Below, one piece after another: positions 10,535 to 21,234 of a stretch of 59,322 bases of DNA; within the stretch, counting starts at the first letter, position 1, and the number at the start of each line of letters is the position of its first letter. Source of the DNA: an uncultured delta proteobacterium (lineage in GTDB: Bacteria; Desulfobacterota; Binatia; UBA9968); contig CAVSLC010000007.1 in the NCBI GenBank assembly GCA_963728565.1, forward strand, positions 1 through 59,322, in the 5' to 3' direction. Position numbers and translations under genes: made by a program. The notes below the pieces were generated by a model that was not told the origin of the DNA, did not search any database, and saw nothing but the letters and a program-made list of their open reading frames with translations.

Positions 10535-10682
10535 ATCGAGATAACCGATGAGTCACATCGACGTGATTTCGGATCGGAAGCGGCTGCGGAATTCATAGAC
10601 CGACGAGCAGACGCTTGCTCGCGTGAGCCTTGGTGCGTCAGAGTCGTACCCGCCGGGAGTTTCCAAATATACGAAGGGAATA

Positions 10683-10882
10683 CCCTAATCCGACAATAGT
10701 GAGCATCGTCAATAGCGCGCGAGGCCGCCGAGCCCTACAGCCGTGGGCAATGGGATAGTGCCTTGAAGGCCACCCCACATTCCCCTAAGCGTGATGTTTC
10801 GTACGTCCGGGCCTAGAGCGAACTGGGCGCTCGGTGCCCACGGCTTCCGGTCTCGCCGTCCTCGCGCGCTGTCGGATTGGGG
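10683..10882. repeat. 200-bp nested inverted-repeat element (MITE or structured ncRNA)
   Basis: Terminal CCCTAATCCGACA / TGTCGGATTGGGG (12/13 match), two perfect inner 11-bp IR pairs, AATA on both flanks. Confidence 0.7.
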
Positions 10883-11030
10883 AATAGAAGCGTGAGAGAG
10901 ACCTACGTCGGTGTCGCTTGTTTAGAGGCCATTGCTCTTTCTTTGCCAAACGTTTATCACCGAGAATCTTATTCCATCAATTTCGCGGCAACCCAAACAG
11001 CGGCCGCGTCGAACAAAGGAGACCCGTTGG

Positions 11031-11411
11031 ATGTTGTGCGCACTGTTTCTCGGCTGTCTGTTGTTATCGAGCGCGGTTCAGGTGTGGGCCGATGATGCGG
11101 TAAAAACCGATCCTGACAAATACAAAGTTGTGCTCGAGAATGAGCGGGTCCGAGTTCTCGAATATCGGGACAAGCCGGGGCAAAAAACCAAAATGCATAC
11201 ACATCCCGACTTCGTCCTGCAGGCTATGGCGCCGTTCAAGCGAAAATTAACCTTATCCAATGGAAAGACTATGACTCGCGAGTTCAAAGCGGGAGAGATT
11301 GTCTGGATGAATGCTCAGAGTCATATGGGTGAGAATATCGGCGAGACCGACACTCACGTATTGATCACCGAGTTAAAAGAGACTGCCGCAAAAAAGCCCG
11401 CCGCCCCTTGA
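11031..11411 (+). CDS. Exported cupin-domain protein
   Basis: Signal peptide; YKVVLENERVRV, PG...MHTHP and H..ENIG.T.TH...ELK motifs; AAGGAG RBS. Confidence 0.85.
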   Translation: MLCALFLGCLLLSSAVQVWADDAVKTDPDKYKVVLENERVRVLEYRDKPGQKTKMHTHPDFVLQAMAPFKRKLTLSNGKTMTREFKAGEIVWMNAQSHMGENIGETDTHVLITELKETAAKKPAAP

Positions 11412-11494
11412 TTTCGAGAGCAGCTCAAGGGTTCTAGGCCGATAGCATACAATGCCTGCCAAAACGGAAAAAGGTTGCCCGAAATCCTCAGGTA

Positions 11495-12511
11495 TCACTC
11501 TTTATACAAGGCTTGGATGAATCCGCTTTCTTCGAGCTCCTTGATGAACCGCATATCGACAAAGTCCGTCGGGCGCGCGTCTTTGCTTCTGTCGCCAAGC
11601 GAATCCAAGACCGCCTTGATGCCCTCCAAGGAAGGATATTGGTTGCGCGGCAGTTTATCGTCCGTAACCGACACGTTGTAGCTTTTCTCGAGCACCGCAG
11701 TGTCCTTGAAGCCGCCCATCAGCTGCACGAAAATTCTCATGGCCGATTTCCTGTCGCGCTTCATGACATGCACCGCTTCTACTTGAGACTTAACATAGCG
11801 GCGCACGACATCCGGGTTCTCCTTGATGAATCGTCTAGTTGTCACGGGCGCTACGTTTTGAAAGGGCAAAGCGCTCACGTCCGCTAAAATTCTGAAGCCT
11901 TCTTTTTCCGCGGCAAAAATCGTCGGCGGGTTGAGAGATGTGGCTTGAACTCGTCCTGTGCGCAAAGCCGCCAAGCGCTCCGGGGTCCCGCCGACCGCGA
12001 TGATCGAAACGTCTTTGGCGGGATTGAGTCCGAGCTTTCTAACGGCCAATTGGGTTGCAGTGTACGAACCCCCTGAAAGCCCCGCAGTTCCGATAATCGC
12101 TCCTTTAAGCTGTTCGGCTGACGTTATACTTGGATGACCCACTAGCCAGTAATCGAGACCGGTATAACCGCCGGCGACATAAACAGCTCCTGAGCCGCCG
12201 AGATTGCTCTGCAGAACGGCGGGCGCTGCAGCTTGAATAAATCCCACTTCACCGGAAATAAGTGCCATCGTTGACACAGCGGCTTGAGCTCGAACAACTG
12301 TAACATCGAGACCGTTTCTGGCAAAAATTCCGGTCTCCTTCGCCAAAACAACCGGCAGATTGACCGGTCCAACGCCGGTATAACTCACGGTCAGCTTCAC
12401 CGGCTGCGCCCCGGTTTCCGAAAGATACCCCGTGACGCTGAAGCATACGCAAAACGGCGCCAACATCAGACGTATCATTTTCAAAATGCTCTGTGAGGTA
12501 TCAGTCACCAT
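11495..12511 (-). CDS. ABC transporter substrate-binding protein (NMT1/SsuA-like)
   Basis: AKETGIFARNGLDV, LGLNPAKDV, ERLAALRTGRVQAT and FIKELEESGFI motifs; start uncertain. Confidence 0.88.
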   Translation of the reverse strand: MVTDTSQSILKMIRLMLAPFCVCFSVTGYLSETGAQPVKLTVSYTGVGPVNLPVVLAKETGIFARNGLDVTVVRAQAAVSTMALISGEVGFIQAAAPAVLQSNLGGSGAVYVAGGYTGLDYWLVGHPSITSAEQLKGAIIGTAGLSGGSYTATQLAVRKLGLNPAKDVSIIAVGGTPERLAALRTGRVQATSLNPPTIFAAEKEGFRILADVSALPFQNVAPVTTRRFIKENPDVVRRYVKSQVEAVHVMKRDRKSAMRIFVQLMGGFKDTAVLEKSYNVSVTDDKLPRNQYPSLEGIKAVLDSLGDRSKDARPTDFVDMRFIKELEESGFIQALYKE

Positions 12512-12913
12512 TCTTTGCCAGCCCTTGTTCTCGAATCTTTCGCGTTGACCGAACGTACCTGCGAGTTTATTCCAGAATACCGGAAGTAGCGCAAGCAAAG
12601 TATAACACCAAGAGCGGCTGTTGCCGCGCACAAGGGTGCTCTTTCACGCACCGGTTATGATCCAGATCCACAGCCTGTCGGGTTAGCTCGCTCCACAGAG
12701 TGTTACGAAGCGATCTGTATAACAGGACGCCGCTCGCCACTAACTCGGCCTGATCATTTCCTGCGCCAATTTCGTTGACGAAGGTGTGGGAGGGCAGTCC
12801 TTTCTCGGCGGTTTCTGCCGAGCTTTCTCGGGTCATCACAGCGATCGATTGTACTGGCCGTGCCGAATTTGCGTGACTTGCAGCCCGGGCCCATACGGCT
12901 GTAGATTGCCACG

Positions 12914-13750
12914 ATGATGAACACAGTTGCATACGAAGTAGTCCTGCGGGATGTCGAGTATCAGCGCCAGGGCGGCAAGCCGTGGCTGGCTCGGATCTAT
13001 CAGCCTCAAGGCGCCGGACCATTTCCGACCCTTGTCGATGTCCATGGGGGCGCATGGCATAACGGCGATCGGACCAACAATGCCGGCATCGACAGTTCGC
13101 TGGCGGCTAAGGGCATCCTGGTGGCCGCCGTCGATTTCCGCCAACCGCCGGAGGCTGGCTATCCCGCTTCTATCTGCGACGTGAACTTGGCGGTTCGCTG
13201 GCTCAAGGCGCACGCGCCTGAGTTCAACGGAACGACTGGTGTGGGAGCGTTCGGCAATTCCAGCGGCGGCCATCAAGTTGTGCTCAGTGCGCTGCGGCCG
13301 CGGCACCCGGCGTATTCGGCGCTGCCGCTGCCCAAGCATCCTGAGCTTGATGCCAGGCTGGACTATGTGATCGCCGGCTGGCCGGTGATCGATCCACTCT
13401 ACCGCTTCCGCTTTGCCAAAGAGTTCAACCGCGAAGAACACATCAAGGCTCATATCGCATATTGGATCACGGAAGATGCGATGGCCGAAGGCAGTCCGCA
13501 GACGATTGTCGAGCAGAATGAGCAGGCCGATCTACCGCCGATACTCATGTTGCTGAAGGCCAATGATCGCAATCATCCAGTGCAGATGCAGGAGCGTTTC
13601 ATCGCGTCCTATCGCAAACGAGGCGGAGAGATCGAGGTGCACACGTTCGATGGTCTGCCGGAGCACCGGGTCGTTCCGTCGCCGAGCCAGCCGGACACGA
13701 TGCGTTTGATCGACACCATGACGGAGTTTATCTCTCGCAAGGCGCGATGA
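12914..13750 (+). CDS. Alpha/beta hydrolase (GDXG/HSL-like esterase)
   Basis: HGGAW oxyanion motif and GNSSGG nucleophile elbow. Confidence 0.9.
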   Translation: MMNTVAYEVVLRDVEYQRQGGKPWLARIYQPQGAGPFPTLVDVHGGAWHNGDRTNNAGIDSSLAAKGILVAAVDFRQPPEAGYPASICDVNLAVRWLKAHAPEFNGTTGVGAFGNSSGGHQVVLSALRPRHPAYSALPLPKHPELDARLDYVIAGWPVIDPLYRFRFAKEFNREEHIKAHIAYWITEDAMAEGSPQTIVEQNEQADLPPILMLLKANDRNHPVQMQERFIASYRKRGGEIEVHTFDGLPEHRVVPSPSQPDTMRLIDTMTEFISRKAR

Positions 13751-13869
13751 TGCTGTTTGAGGTAGACACCCGTCTGTTATTCAGCCGCTGCTGATGACAG
13801 CAGAAGCTACGCATCAGCTAGCGGCAAAGCTTCGATGATACCTGGCGCCTTAAGCTCGAAGCCGCTCCT

Positions 13870-15021
13870 ATGACGGCACCGAGCGTTGACGAAATAGACC
13901 GGATCACCCGGCTCGGCGATCCTATCCTGCGCAATCTGCAGATTACCCAGTGCTACTACGAAATCTCTCAGTCTGTCGCCGGCTTTACCGGCGACTCCGC
14001 CAACTGGTGCACATTTGCGACATGGGCCTCCAAGCAAGCCGGACAAACCATTCGCCAGGAGGATTTGATCCGAAACTTCGAGGAACGCTTTTATCTCTCC
14101 GACGAAATTTCGGCCGCTCTCGAGGCCATAGCGAGTACCCTCAGGCGCGTCGGTGCCAGGTTGCACACTGAAGTGCCGCGCAAGGCGATGCTTCGGGCGA
14201 TCAATCCGGGCGCAGCATTCGCGCGCGCTGGCGATGCCGTAGCGCGCGGCAACAAGAAAGTGTTCGAGGAAATCGGTCGCGAGTTCGCTCGGTTTCTCGC
14301 GATCTTTGGCGAACAGACCCATCTTGAGCCGGAGCAGACGGCGCGGTTCTACGCCGGGTTGCGTGCCGGAGAGCCGCCCGAGGGACAGCGACTCCTGAGC
14401 CAGGCGTTCACGAGCTACTGCGAGGCGCGGTTTCAAAATGGGCAAGAGAAAGCCGAATTGATGTTGCTCGCCAATCTTTCGGCTGGTTTTCACGAGCAGG
14501 TGCGGCTTCAACCCGAAATTGTCCAGGCACTCAATGCAGCAATCGATAATGCCGCCGAGTTGAAACGAAATCTTATGACCGTCCTGCTGCCCGATCTTTA
14601 TGTTCGTGTCCGTGAGAAACTGCTGCGGGGTCAGATGACCTACGTGAACGCCGCGTTTGCCCGGCTAATCGCAGAGGTGAACCGTCTGATTCGACAAGTC
14701 ATCACCGATCATTTGATGACGCTTCATTTGGCCGGTACCGAGGTGCTTCGATTGGGACGCGATCTGCAAGGAGCATTCCCTCAGGAGCTGGGGGAGATCC
14801 GCAATGCCAAATTGAGAGAAATGCTCGAGCGGGTCGACACAACCCTGAATAGCCTGGACCAAAGCGGCGCCCAGGATTGGGCGGACTTCACCGATCGCAT
14901 GCACTTCATCGCCGATTTCTTCCGCGTGTACCAGGACCGGCAGCAACTGTTTGAAGCGCCATTCACGACCGAGCAAGTCGCGTTGTTAAAGCGCGGCGTG
15001 AAACCCTACGGACGGCTGTAA
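13870..15021 (+). CDS. Hypothetical protein, unknown function
   Basis: 383 aa ORF with motif-like blocks [35 protein letters not shown] and [12 protein letters not shown]. Confidence 0.8.
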   Translation: MTAPSVDEIDRITRLGDPILRNLQITQCYYEISQSVAGFTGDSANWCTFATWASKQAGQTIRQEDLIRNFEERFYLSDEISAALEAIASTLRRVGARLHTEVPRKAMLRAINPGAAFARAGDAVARGNKKVFEEIGREFARFLAIFGEQTHLEPEQTARFYAGLRAGEPPEGQRLLSQAFTSYCEARFQNGQEKAELMLLANLSAGFHEQVRLQPEIVQALNAAIDNAAELKRNLMTVLLPDLYVRVREKLLRGQMTYVNAAFARLIAEVNRLIRQVITDHLMTLHLAGTEVLRLGRDLQGAFPQELGEIRNAKLREMLERVDTTLNSLDQSGAQDWADFTDRMHFIADFFRVYQDRQQLFEAPFTTEQVALLKRGVKPYGRL

Positions 15022-15036
15022 CGAATGTCCGCATAT

Positions 15037-15200
15037 TAGCGGGTTGATGAAATGCGGATTGCTGGCTGGTCAAAAAGAGTTAGAGCCGGGGCGCGCGAAT
15101 TACAAGGATGAAGGCGGAAATCCGAAAGCGGAATTCAGTTTTCAGCGTTAATAGTTGATCTTTTCGAAGCCATCATGAGTCTTTATCAGCAGCCTGCGAG
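15037..15200 (+). mobile_element. MITE-like repeat, copy 1 (variant B, degenerate)
   Basis: Ends TAGCGGGTTGATGAAA and TTTATCAGCAGCCTGCGAG; core AATTACAAGGATG...GAAAGCGGAATTCAGTTTTCAGC shared with the 27093 copy. Confidence 0.7.
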
Positions 15201-15204
15201 AAAT

Positions 15205-16959
15205 CTATCCGGCATACTCGCGATACAGGTTATCGACTTCCTGCTTTATCTGGCTGATTTTCTTGGACAGGTGGTTCATCTGAGCGAGATTGTTGCGATT
15301 GGCTTCGATTACCAGTTGCTCGTGATACTCCTTTAATGCGTTTTCACTTTTCATAATCTGGGTTTCGAGCCTGGCAATTCTTGCCTTTTCTCTGCGTTCG
15401 GCTTTTTCGCGCTCTTTTTTCTCGTTGTAATTGTTTCGCGAGGTTGGCTTCTTCTGTGCGCCTCTGCCATCGCTTTCGCCTTCCCATCCGATCTTTTCGA
15501 GAAACTCGTCATAGCCCGCGTTAAAGACGTCAACCCTGCCGCGGTGAAAGACGACCAATCTCGTGGCCAGGGCGCGAAGGATCCGTTCGTTATGAGTGAC
15601 GATCAATAAAGCGCCCGAGAAGTTTTGTAAGCTTTCGATCAAGGCGTCAATGGATTCCATGTCGAGATGGTTGTTCGGTTCATCGAGCAAAAGCAGATTC
15701 GAAGGATGCGCCAGGATCTTGCCGAGTAAGGTGCGGCTCTTTTCGCCGCCGGACAACACCGAGATCTTCTTCAATGCCAGATCGCCGCCGAACATCATCG
15801 TGCCGCAAATGTTGCGGACCTGCGTGCGGGTCAGCTTTGGGTTGCTGTGCTCAATCTCCTGTTCGATGGTCAATTTGGGATTGAGCCGCGAAATATTGGT
15901 TTGGCCGAAGTACCCGAGTTTCAAATCCGGATGGGCCTTGAGCTCGCCGGTCAGCGGCTGAAGGCCGCCTGACAAAACGTTTAACAAGGTCGACTTGCCT
16001 TTGCCGTTGTTGCCGATGACAGCGATTCGGTCGCGCCGGTTGACGCTCAGATTGAGGTTTTGAAACAGAGGATTGCCTGGCGTGTAACCAAAGGAAATAT
16101 CGCGCGCTTCGAGCAAGGTTTTGGCCGCAAACGGCGCCTGCCTAAATTCGAAATCCAAAGACTCGATCTCGGCTAGCTCGTCGAGCTTGGGTAGTTTCTC
16201 CAGCATCTTCATGCGCGACTGCACCATTTTGGCTTTGGAAGCCTGGGCGCGAAATCGGTTGATAAAAGCCTCGGCATGAGCCCGCTTGCGGTCTTCGTTG
16301 GCCCGGGTCTTTTCGTGGATTTCGTCCTCCAGGATGATTTGCGCGTAAGCCTTGGCGGTGCCGCCGTCGAACTTGCGAATTTTCTGGCGATGGATCACCG
16401 CGGTATGCGTCGTGACGCTGTCCATAAAATCCCGATCGTGGGAAATCACAATCAGCTCGCCGTTGAAGCTGGCGAGAAATCTGCCGATCCACCGAACCGA
16501 GGTGATGTCGAGGTAATTTGTCGGCTCATCAAGCAACAGCAGGTTGGGCTGGGAAACCAGGAGCTTGGCCAGGTTGATGCGGATTTGAAAGCCGCCGGAA
16601 AAATCGCCAGGCGCTTTTTCAAGATCGGCGGCGGAAAATCCCAATCCAGACAAGATCGCTTCCGCTTTATACAGCGAATGCGATTCATCTTCGGGTAGTC
16701 CTAGAGCCGCCTCCGCCAAGATCGTTGCCTCGGTAAAATGCAGGTGTTGTTCGAGATGGCCGATGCGATAATTACGCGGAATCGTGATCTCGCCCGAGTC
16801 CGGCTCTTCCTGGCCCAAGATTAATTTAAACAACGTCGATTTCCCGTGACCGTTTCGCCCCACCAGACCCAGACGATCGCCGGCATTCATCTGTAAACTA
16901 ACGTCGCTGAAGAGTTCCCGAGCGAAATACGATTTAGATAGTTGGTTGATCCTAATCAT
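15205..16959 (-). CDS. ABC-F family ATP-binding protein (YheS/Uup-like)
   Basis: Two NBDs (GRNGHGKST, FSGGFQ, LLDEPTN; GNNGKGKST, LSGGEK, LLDEPNN), no TM segments, C-terminal coiled coil. Confidence 0.95.
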   Translation of the reverse strand: MIRINQLSKSYFARELFSDVSLQMNAGDRLGLVGRNGHGKSTLFKLILGQEEPDSGEITIPRNYRIGHLEQHLHFTEATILAEAALGLPEDESHSLYKAEAILSGLGFSAADLEKAPGDFSGGFQIRINLAKLLVSQPNLLLLDEPTNYLDITSVRWIGRFLASFNGELIVISHDRDFMDSVTTHTAVIHRQKIRKFDGGTAKAYAQIILEDEIHEKTRANEDRKRAHAEAFINRFRAQASKAKMVQSRMKMLEKLPKLDELAEIESLDFEFRQAPFAAKTLLEARDISFGYTPGNPLFQNLNLSVNRRDRIAVIGNNGKGKSTLLNVLSGGLQPLTGELKAHPDLKLGYFGQTNISRLNPKLTIEQEIEHSNPKLTRTQVRNICGTMMFGGDLALKKISVLSGGEKSRTLLGKILAHPSNLLLLDEPNNHLDMESIDALIESLQNFSGALLIVTHNERILRALATRLVVFHRGRVDVFNAGYDEFLEKIGWEGESDGRGAQKKPTSRNNYNEKKEREKAERREKARIARLETQIMKSENALKEYHEQLVIEANRNNLAQMNHLSKKISQIKQEVDNLYREYAG

Positions 16960-17256
16960 GATGAAAAAACCCGAGTAGAGGAAACGTGCGCCTGTCAAAT
17001 ATTAGAATCGCTTAGTTTAGCTGTGATCGCGCGCCTTTTCCAGCACGACAACCGAATTGGCCGCTGCACCTTCCAGCTCTGCAAAACCAGCTTCCAAGCA
17101 AGACTAAGTCGCAAGCCTCTACACCGCGCGCGAAAACCCCTACTGCCTTGTTCCTTGACCTTACAGATGGTCGAGGTATAGCGTTCTTTCATGGTTTCCG
17201 GCGCAAGATATCTACTGACCCTGCGGCGGGCCGCAGCTCAACAGCAAGGAGTCCCT

Positions 17257-18255
17257 ATGATCAGCATCACACGCTTTGCGCTCTCAATTCTCTCCTTGGC
17301 GTTAGCGATTATCTCGAGCACTTCCGTTCACGCCCAATTAACCAAGATCAATGTCGGCTACAGCGCCATCAGCGGCGATGCACTGCCGGCTTGGATTGCG
17401 AAAGATGCCGGTATCTTTGAAAAGAACGGGCTGGATGTTCAGCTGGTGTTTTTTTCCGGCGGCACTACCGCGGTCATGGCGTTGATTGCCGCTGACACGC
17501 CGATCGCCCAATTGGCGGGACCTGCCGTGGTCCATTCGGCTATGGCCGGCTCAGACGCTACTCTGATCGTCGGCGGCGTTACCTCGCTTAATTACTATCT
17601 GATGGGTCGACCGGAAATAAAAACACCGGAGCAGCTCAAAGGCGGATCCGTCGCGATCAGCCGCTTCGGCTCCTCCTCGGATTTCATCGCGCGCTACGCT
17701 TTGTCGAAAGTGGGCTTGACGCCGGGTAAGGACGTGACAATCGTTCAGATCGGCAGCACCACCGCGCGGGTCGACGCCGCCCTTTCAGGCAGAGTGCAAG
17801 CGACCGTGGTCCAGCCGCCTGCCAGCATCATTGCTCAGAAGAAGGGCATGACTATCCTTGCCGATCTGCCCAAGCTCGGTCTGGTTTACCAGCATACCAG
17901 CGCCGCAACCACCAGAAGATATATTCGCGAGCATTCAGACATCGTCAGGCGCTATGTCAAATCCCAGGTGGACGCGGTCCATCGAATCTACACCGATAAA
18001 GAAGCTTCCATCAAAGCGCTGGCGAAGTATATCGGCCGTAATGTCGATCGCGATGTCCTCGAGAAAACCTGGGAAAATCTGCTCAGCGAACCGGTTCTGC
18101 CGAAGAAACAGTATCCTTCCCTCGAAGGCATCAAGACAATCTTAAACGCCGAGCTCAAAGGCAAGCCGGCTAATCCGGAGGACTTTGCCGATTTGAGCTT
18201 CATCAGGGAGCTCGATAAGAGCGGCTACATCGACGCCCTTTATAAAAAGAAGTAG
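17257..18255 (+). CDS. ABC transporter substrate-binding protein (NMT1/SsuA-like)
   Basis: AAGGAG RBS; signal peptide; WIAKDAGIFEKNGLDV and ISRFGSSSD motifs. Confidence 0.9.
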   Translation: MISITRFALSILSLALAIISSTSVHAQLTKINVGYSAISGDALPAWIAKDAGIFEKNGLDVQLVFFSGGTTAVMALIAADTPIAQLAGPAVVHSAMAGSDATLIVGGVTSLNYYLMGRPEIKTPEQLKGGSVAISRFGSSSDFIARYALSKVGLTPGKDVTIVQIGSTTARVDAALSGRVQATVVQPPASIIAQKKGMTILADLPKLGLVYQHTSAATTRRYIREHSDIVRRYVKSQVDAVHRIYTDKEASIKALAKYIGRNVDRDVLEKTWENLLSEPVLPKKQYPSLEGIKTILNAELKGKPANPEDFADLSFIRELDKSGYIDALYKKK

Positions 18256-18329
18256 TGACGTCTGCGCTGCTTTTAGCTTCTGATCCCGAGTTCGGATCGA
18301 AACCGGGCGAGCTCAGTCCTATCCCGACT

Positions 18330-18767
18330 CTACGCCCGCGGCTTGCCAGGAGGGATCCGCTTGGCGACCTGCGCATGGGCGAGCACCACTGCCGGATCGC
18401 GCTGCAAAGCTGCCAGATAACGCGCGCTGAAATCGCCTTCGCCTTTCGCCGGGACCAGCAGAAAGACCGAATCCATGATCACCGCGTCGATAGTATCGTT
18501 GGTTAACGGTTCCCGCGCGTCAAGAACTTCGTCGATCACAACGATCAGTTGCGATATCGGGCGCAGCCAGGCAAACCAGGGGTCGTTGGTTAGAAGCTGA
18601 AAAAAATGATGCGGCGATTGCACCGGTCCAACATCAACTTCGTAAACCGAGCGTTCGGAATCGATTAAAGCCTTGTGCAAATCGAGCAAGGCATGGCGAA
18701 ACTCCAGCAAAGGTTGGCGAATCGCTGAATCTTGCAGGTTTTGTTGATTCCGCCTTAAGGTTTTCAT
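18330..18767 (-). CDS. Hypothetical protein
   Basis: Helical protein with LLDLHKALIDSER...YE and QLLTNDPWFAWLRPISQLIV blocks; start uncertain. Confidence 0.7.
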   Translation of the reverse strand: MKTLRRNQQNLQDSAIRQPLLEFRHALLDLHKALIDSERSVYEVDVGPVQSPHHFFQLLTNDPWFAWLRPISQLIVVIDEVLDAREPLTNDTIDAVIMDSVFLLVPAKGEGDFSARYLAALQRDPAVVLAHAQVAKRIPPGKPRA

Positions 18768-19111
18768 ATCTGAATCATAACACGGCCTTTGCATGAGTCG
18801 AATTCCTGCTCGGCGCAGAGGGTACTCGGTGCCAAAGTAGAGCACCGTATCCGGTTCTTTGCGTCCGGAGCTTTCCTGAAACAAATAGCAATTGAAAGTT
18901 TCCATCGTTAGTTCACGAAGGAACCGGGTCCGGTCATTGAACTGCTGCCCGCGGAATGTTACAGCGTAGAGCCAGTTATTTCTCTCTCGGCGTAGCTTGG
19001 CTCGAAGTTCAGTCATCACGCGGGCCCGGTTAGCTCAGCCGGCTGGGCTGGTTGCGTTTTACGTGTCTCAATCGGCGCTTGCAACTTGAAGGAAAACGAT
19101 CGACTAAGCGC

Positions 19112-20821
19112 ATGTCTACGGAACCGCAAGACTCCCCTGAGTTATACCGCCGCTTGGTAGAGAGTGTGTCCGATTACGCGATCTTCGCGCTGGATGCCAA
19201 AGGTTATGTTTCAAGCTGGAACCCCGGCGCGCAGTACATCAAGGGATACACCGCAAATGAGATCATAGGCCGACATTTTTCTTCCTTCTACCCACCGGAG
19301 GACACTGCTTGGGGAAAACCGGCTTGGGAACTGGAAGTCGCCGCTCGCGAAGGACGCATCGAAGACGAGGGATGGCGGGTGCGCAAGGACGGATCACGAT
19401 TCTGGGCCAACGTCGTGATCAGCGCGGTCCGGAACAAGCAGGGAGAGGTGATCGGATTTGCCAAAGTAACCCGAGATCTGACTGAGCGCCGTAAGGCCGA
19501 AGAGGCGCTACGGCATAGCGAGGAACGCTTCCGCCTACTGGTCCAAAGCGTCAAGGATTACGCTATCCTGATGCTCGACGCCGAAGGCAATGTCGCAAGC
19601 TGGAATGTAGGGGCGGAGCACATCAAGGGATATAGCGCCGATGAGATTCTCGGCCGTTCCTTCACCTTGTTCTACCCGCCTGAGGCAGTGGCGGAAGGTT
19701 TTCCACAGCATGAATTGGACGTGGCCGCGCGCGAAGGGCGTTTCGAGGACGAAGGGTGGCGGGTGCGCAAAGATGGTTCGCGCTTCTGGGCCAATGTGGT
19801 GATTAGCGCTTTGCGCAACAGCGATGGGCGGCTGGTTGGATTCGCGAAAGTCACCCGTGATCTCACCGTCCGCCGCGAGGCTGAGGCGCAGGCGCGCCGG
19901 CTCGCTGCCGAACAGGCGGCCCATGCTGAAGCCGAGCGCCGGAGCGTTGAGCTCGCCGAACTCAATCAGCGGCTTCAAGAACAGGCGGTCGAGCTCGAAA
20001 CCCAGGCGGAGGAATTGCGCGTTTTAGCCGAGACGCTGCACCACAAAAACGACGAGCTCCATGCAGCGCTTGCCGATGCCAAGATAGCGGGAGAGACGGC
20101 GGAGCGCTCCGCCGCCGCCGCCATCGATGCCTACCGTGAGCTCGATCAGTTCGCGTATGTGGCATCGCACGATCTAAAAGCTCCGTTGCGCGGCATTGCT
20201 AACCTGGCGCAATGGATTCAGGACGATACCGGCGAGCAGCTTGGCGCCGAGTCCACCGAGCACATGCGCCTGCTGCAAGGGCGTGTGCACCGCATGGAGG
20301 CGCTGATCGACGGCATTCTCACCTACTCGCGCGCGGGCCGCATGTTGAGTTCGCCCGAACGGGTTGACACCGGCGCGCTGGTGCGCGAGGTGATCGAGCT
20401 GCTGGCGCCGCCCGCCGAGGTGACTATCGAGGTGCCGTCGCAGATGCCGGAGGTGAACGCCGAGCGCGTGCCGCTGCAGCAGGTGTTCTTGAACCTTATC
20501 GGCAACGCGGTGAAACACAGCAGGATCGAGCGCTCTGACGTATCTGTCCGCATCAATTGGCGGGATCTGGGGAATGCGTTCGAGTTCTCGGTGAGCGACA
20601 ATGGCCCCGGCATCGATCCGGAGTATCACGAGCGGATTTGGGGTATCTTCCAGACGCTGGCGCCGCGCGACAAGGTTGAAGGCACCGGCATCGGGCTGTC
20701 GGTGGTTCGAAAAATCGTCGAGACGCGGGGTGGCTCTACATCTGTGGAGTCCTCTCCGAAACGGGGCGCGACATTTCGCTTTATCTGGCCTAAGACTATT
20801 GGACACGAGGCGCTCGCATGA
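19112..20821 (+). CDS. PAS-PAS sensor histidine kinase
   Basis: Two near-identical PAS/PAC domains (EGWRVRKDGSRFWANV), H-box ASHDLKAPL, NLIGNAVK, DNGPGI and GTGIGL. Confidence 0.95.
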   Translation: MSTEPQDSPELYRRLVESVSDYAIFALDAKGYVSSWNPGAQYIKGYTANEIIGRHFSSFYPPEDTAWGKPAWELEVAAREGRIEDEGWRVRKDGSRFWANVVISAVRNKQGEVIGFAKVTRDLTERRKAEEALRHSEERFRLLVQSVKDYAILMLDAEGNVASWNVGAEHIKGYSADEILGRSFTLFYPPEAVAEGFPQHELDVAAREGRFEDEGWRVRKDGSRFWANVVISALRNSDGRLVGFAKVTRDLTVRREAEAQARRLAAEQAAHAEAERRSVELAELNQRLQEQAVELETQAEELRVLAETLHHKNDELHAALADAKIAGETAERSAAAAIDAYRELDQFAYVASHDLKAPLRGIANLAQWIQDDTGEQLGAESTEHMRLLQGRVHRMEALIDGILTYSRAGRMLSSPERVDTGALVREVIELLAPPAEVTIEVPSQMPEVNAERVPLQQVFLNLIGNAVKHSRIERSDVSVRINWRDLGNAFEFSVSDNGPGIDPEYHERIWGIFQTLAPRDKVEGTGIGLSVVRKIVETRGGSTSVESSPKRGATFRFIWPKTIGHEALA

Positions 20822-21234
20822 GCAATGCATCTCTCAACATCTTGCTGGTCGAGGACGATGAGGTCGATGTGATGAACGTGAGGCGCGCGTTCGACAAGAA
20901 CCACATCACCAACCCGCTGTTCGTGGCCGGAGATGGTCTTGAAGCTCTGGAGAAGCTGCGCAGCGGCGAGGTCCCGCACGGCCGGCGCATCGTTCTTCTC
21001 GATCTCAACATGCCGAAAATGAACGGCATCGAATTTCTCCGCGAGTTGCGCAGCGATCCGGCGCTCGCCCCGACGCCTGTCGTGGTGCTCACCACGTCTA
21101 ATAATGACCGCGACAAAATTGACGCCTTCAATCTCAATGTGGCCGGGTATCTGGTGAAGCCGGTTACGTTCGCCGAATTTTCCGAGCTGATGGTGACACT
21201 CAACAAATATTGGACGCTTGTCGAAATGCCGTGA
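20818..21234 (+). CDS. Single-domain response regulator (Rcp1-like)
   Basis: ILLVEDD, LLDLNMPKMNG, VVLTTS and YLVKP motifs; ATGA overlap with the kinase. Confidence 0.95.
   Translation: MSNASLNILLVEDDEVDVMNVRRAFDKNHITNPLFVAGDGLEALEKLRSGEVPHGRRIVLLDLNMPKMNGIEFLRELRSDPALAPTPVVVLTTSNNDRDKIDAFNLNVAGYLVKPVTFAEFSELMVTLNKYWTLVEMP

Noticed and set aside
10548-10645. MSHIDVISDRKRLRNS*TDEQ, faintly like an IS66 TnpA N-terminus
   Set aside because: Too short and degenerate; no IS ends or other IS genes.
10683-10882. Integron attC site
   Set aside because: The ends read TAAT/ATTG rather than the conserved AAC/GTT, and there is no integrase or cassette array.
19024-19048. GCCCGGTTAGCTCAGCCGG resembles a tRNA 5' end and D arm
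   Set aside because: No anticodon arm, TTCG T-arm or matching acceptor 3' strand follows; a simple hairpin explains it.
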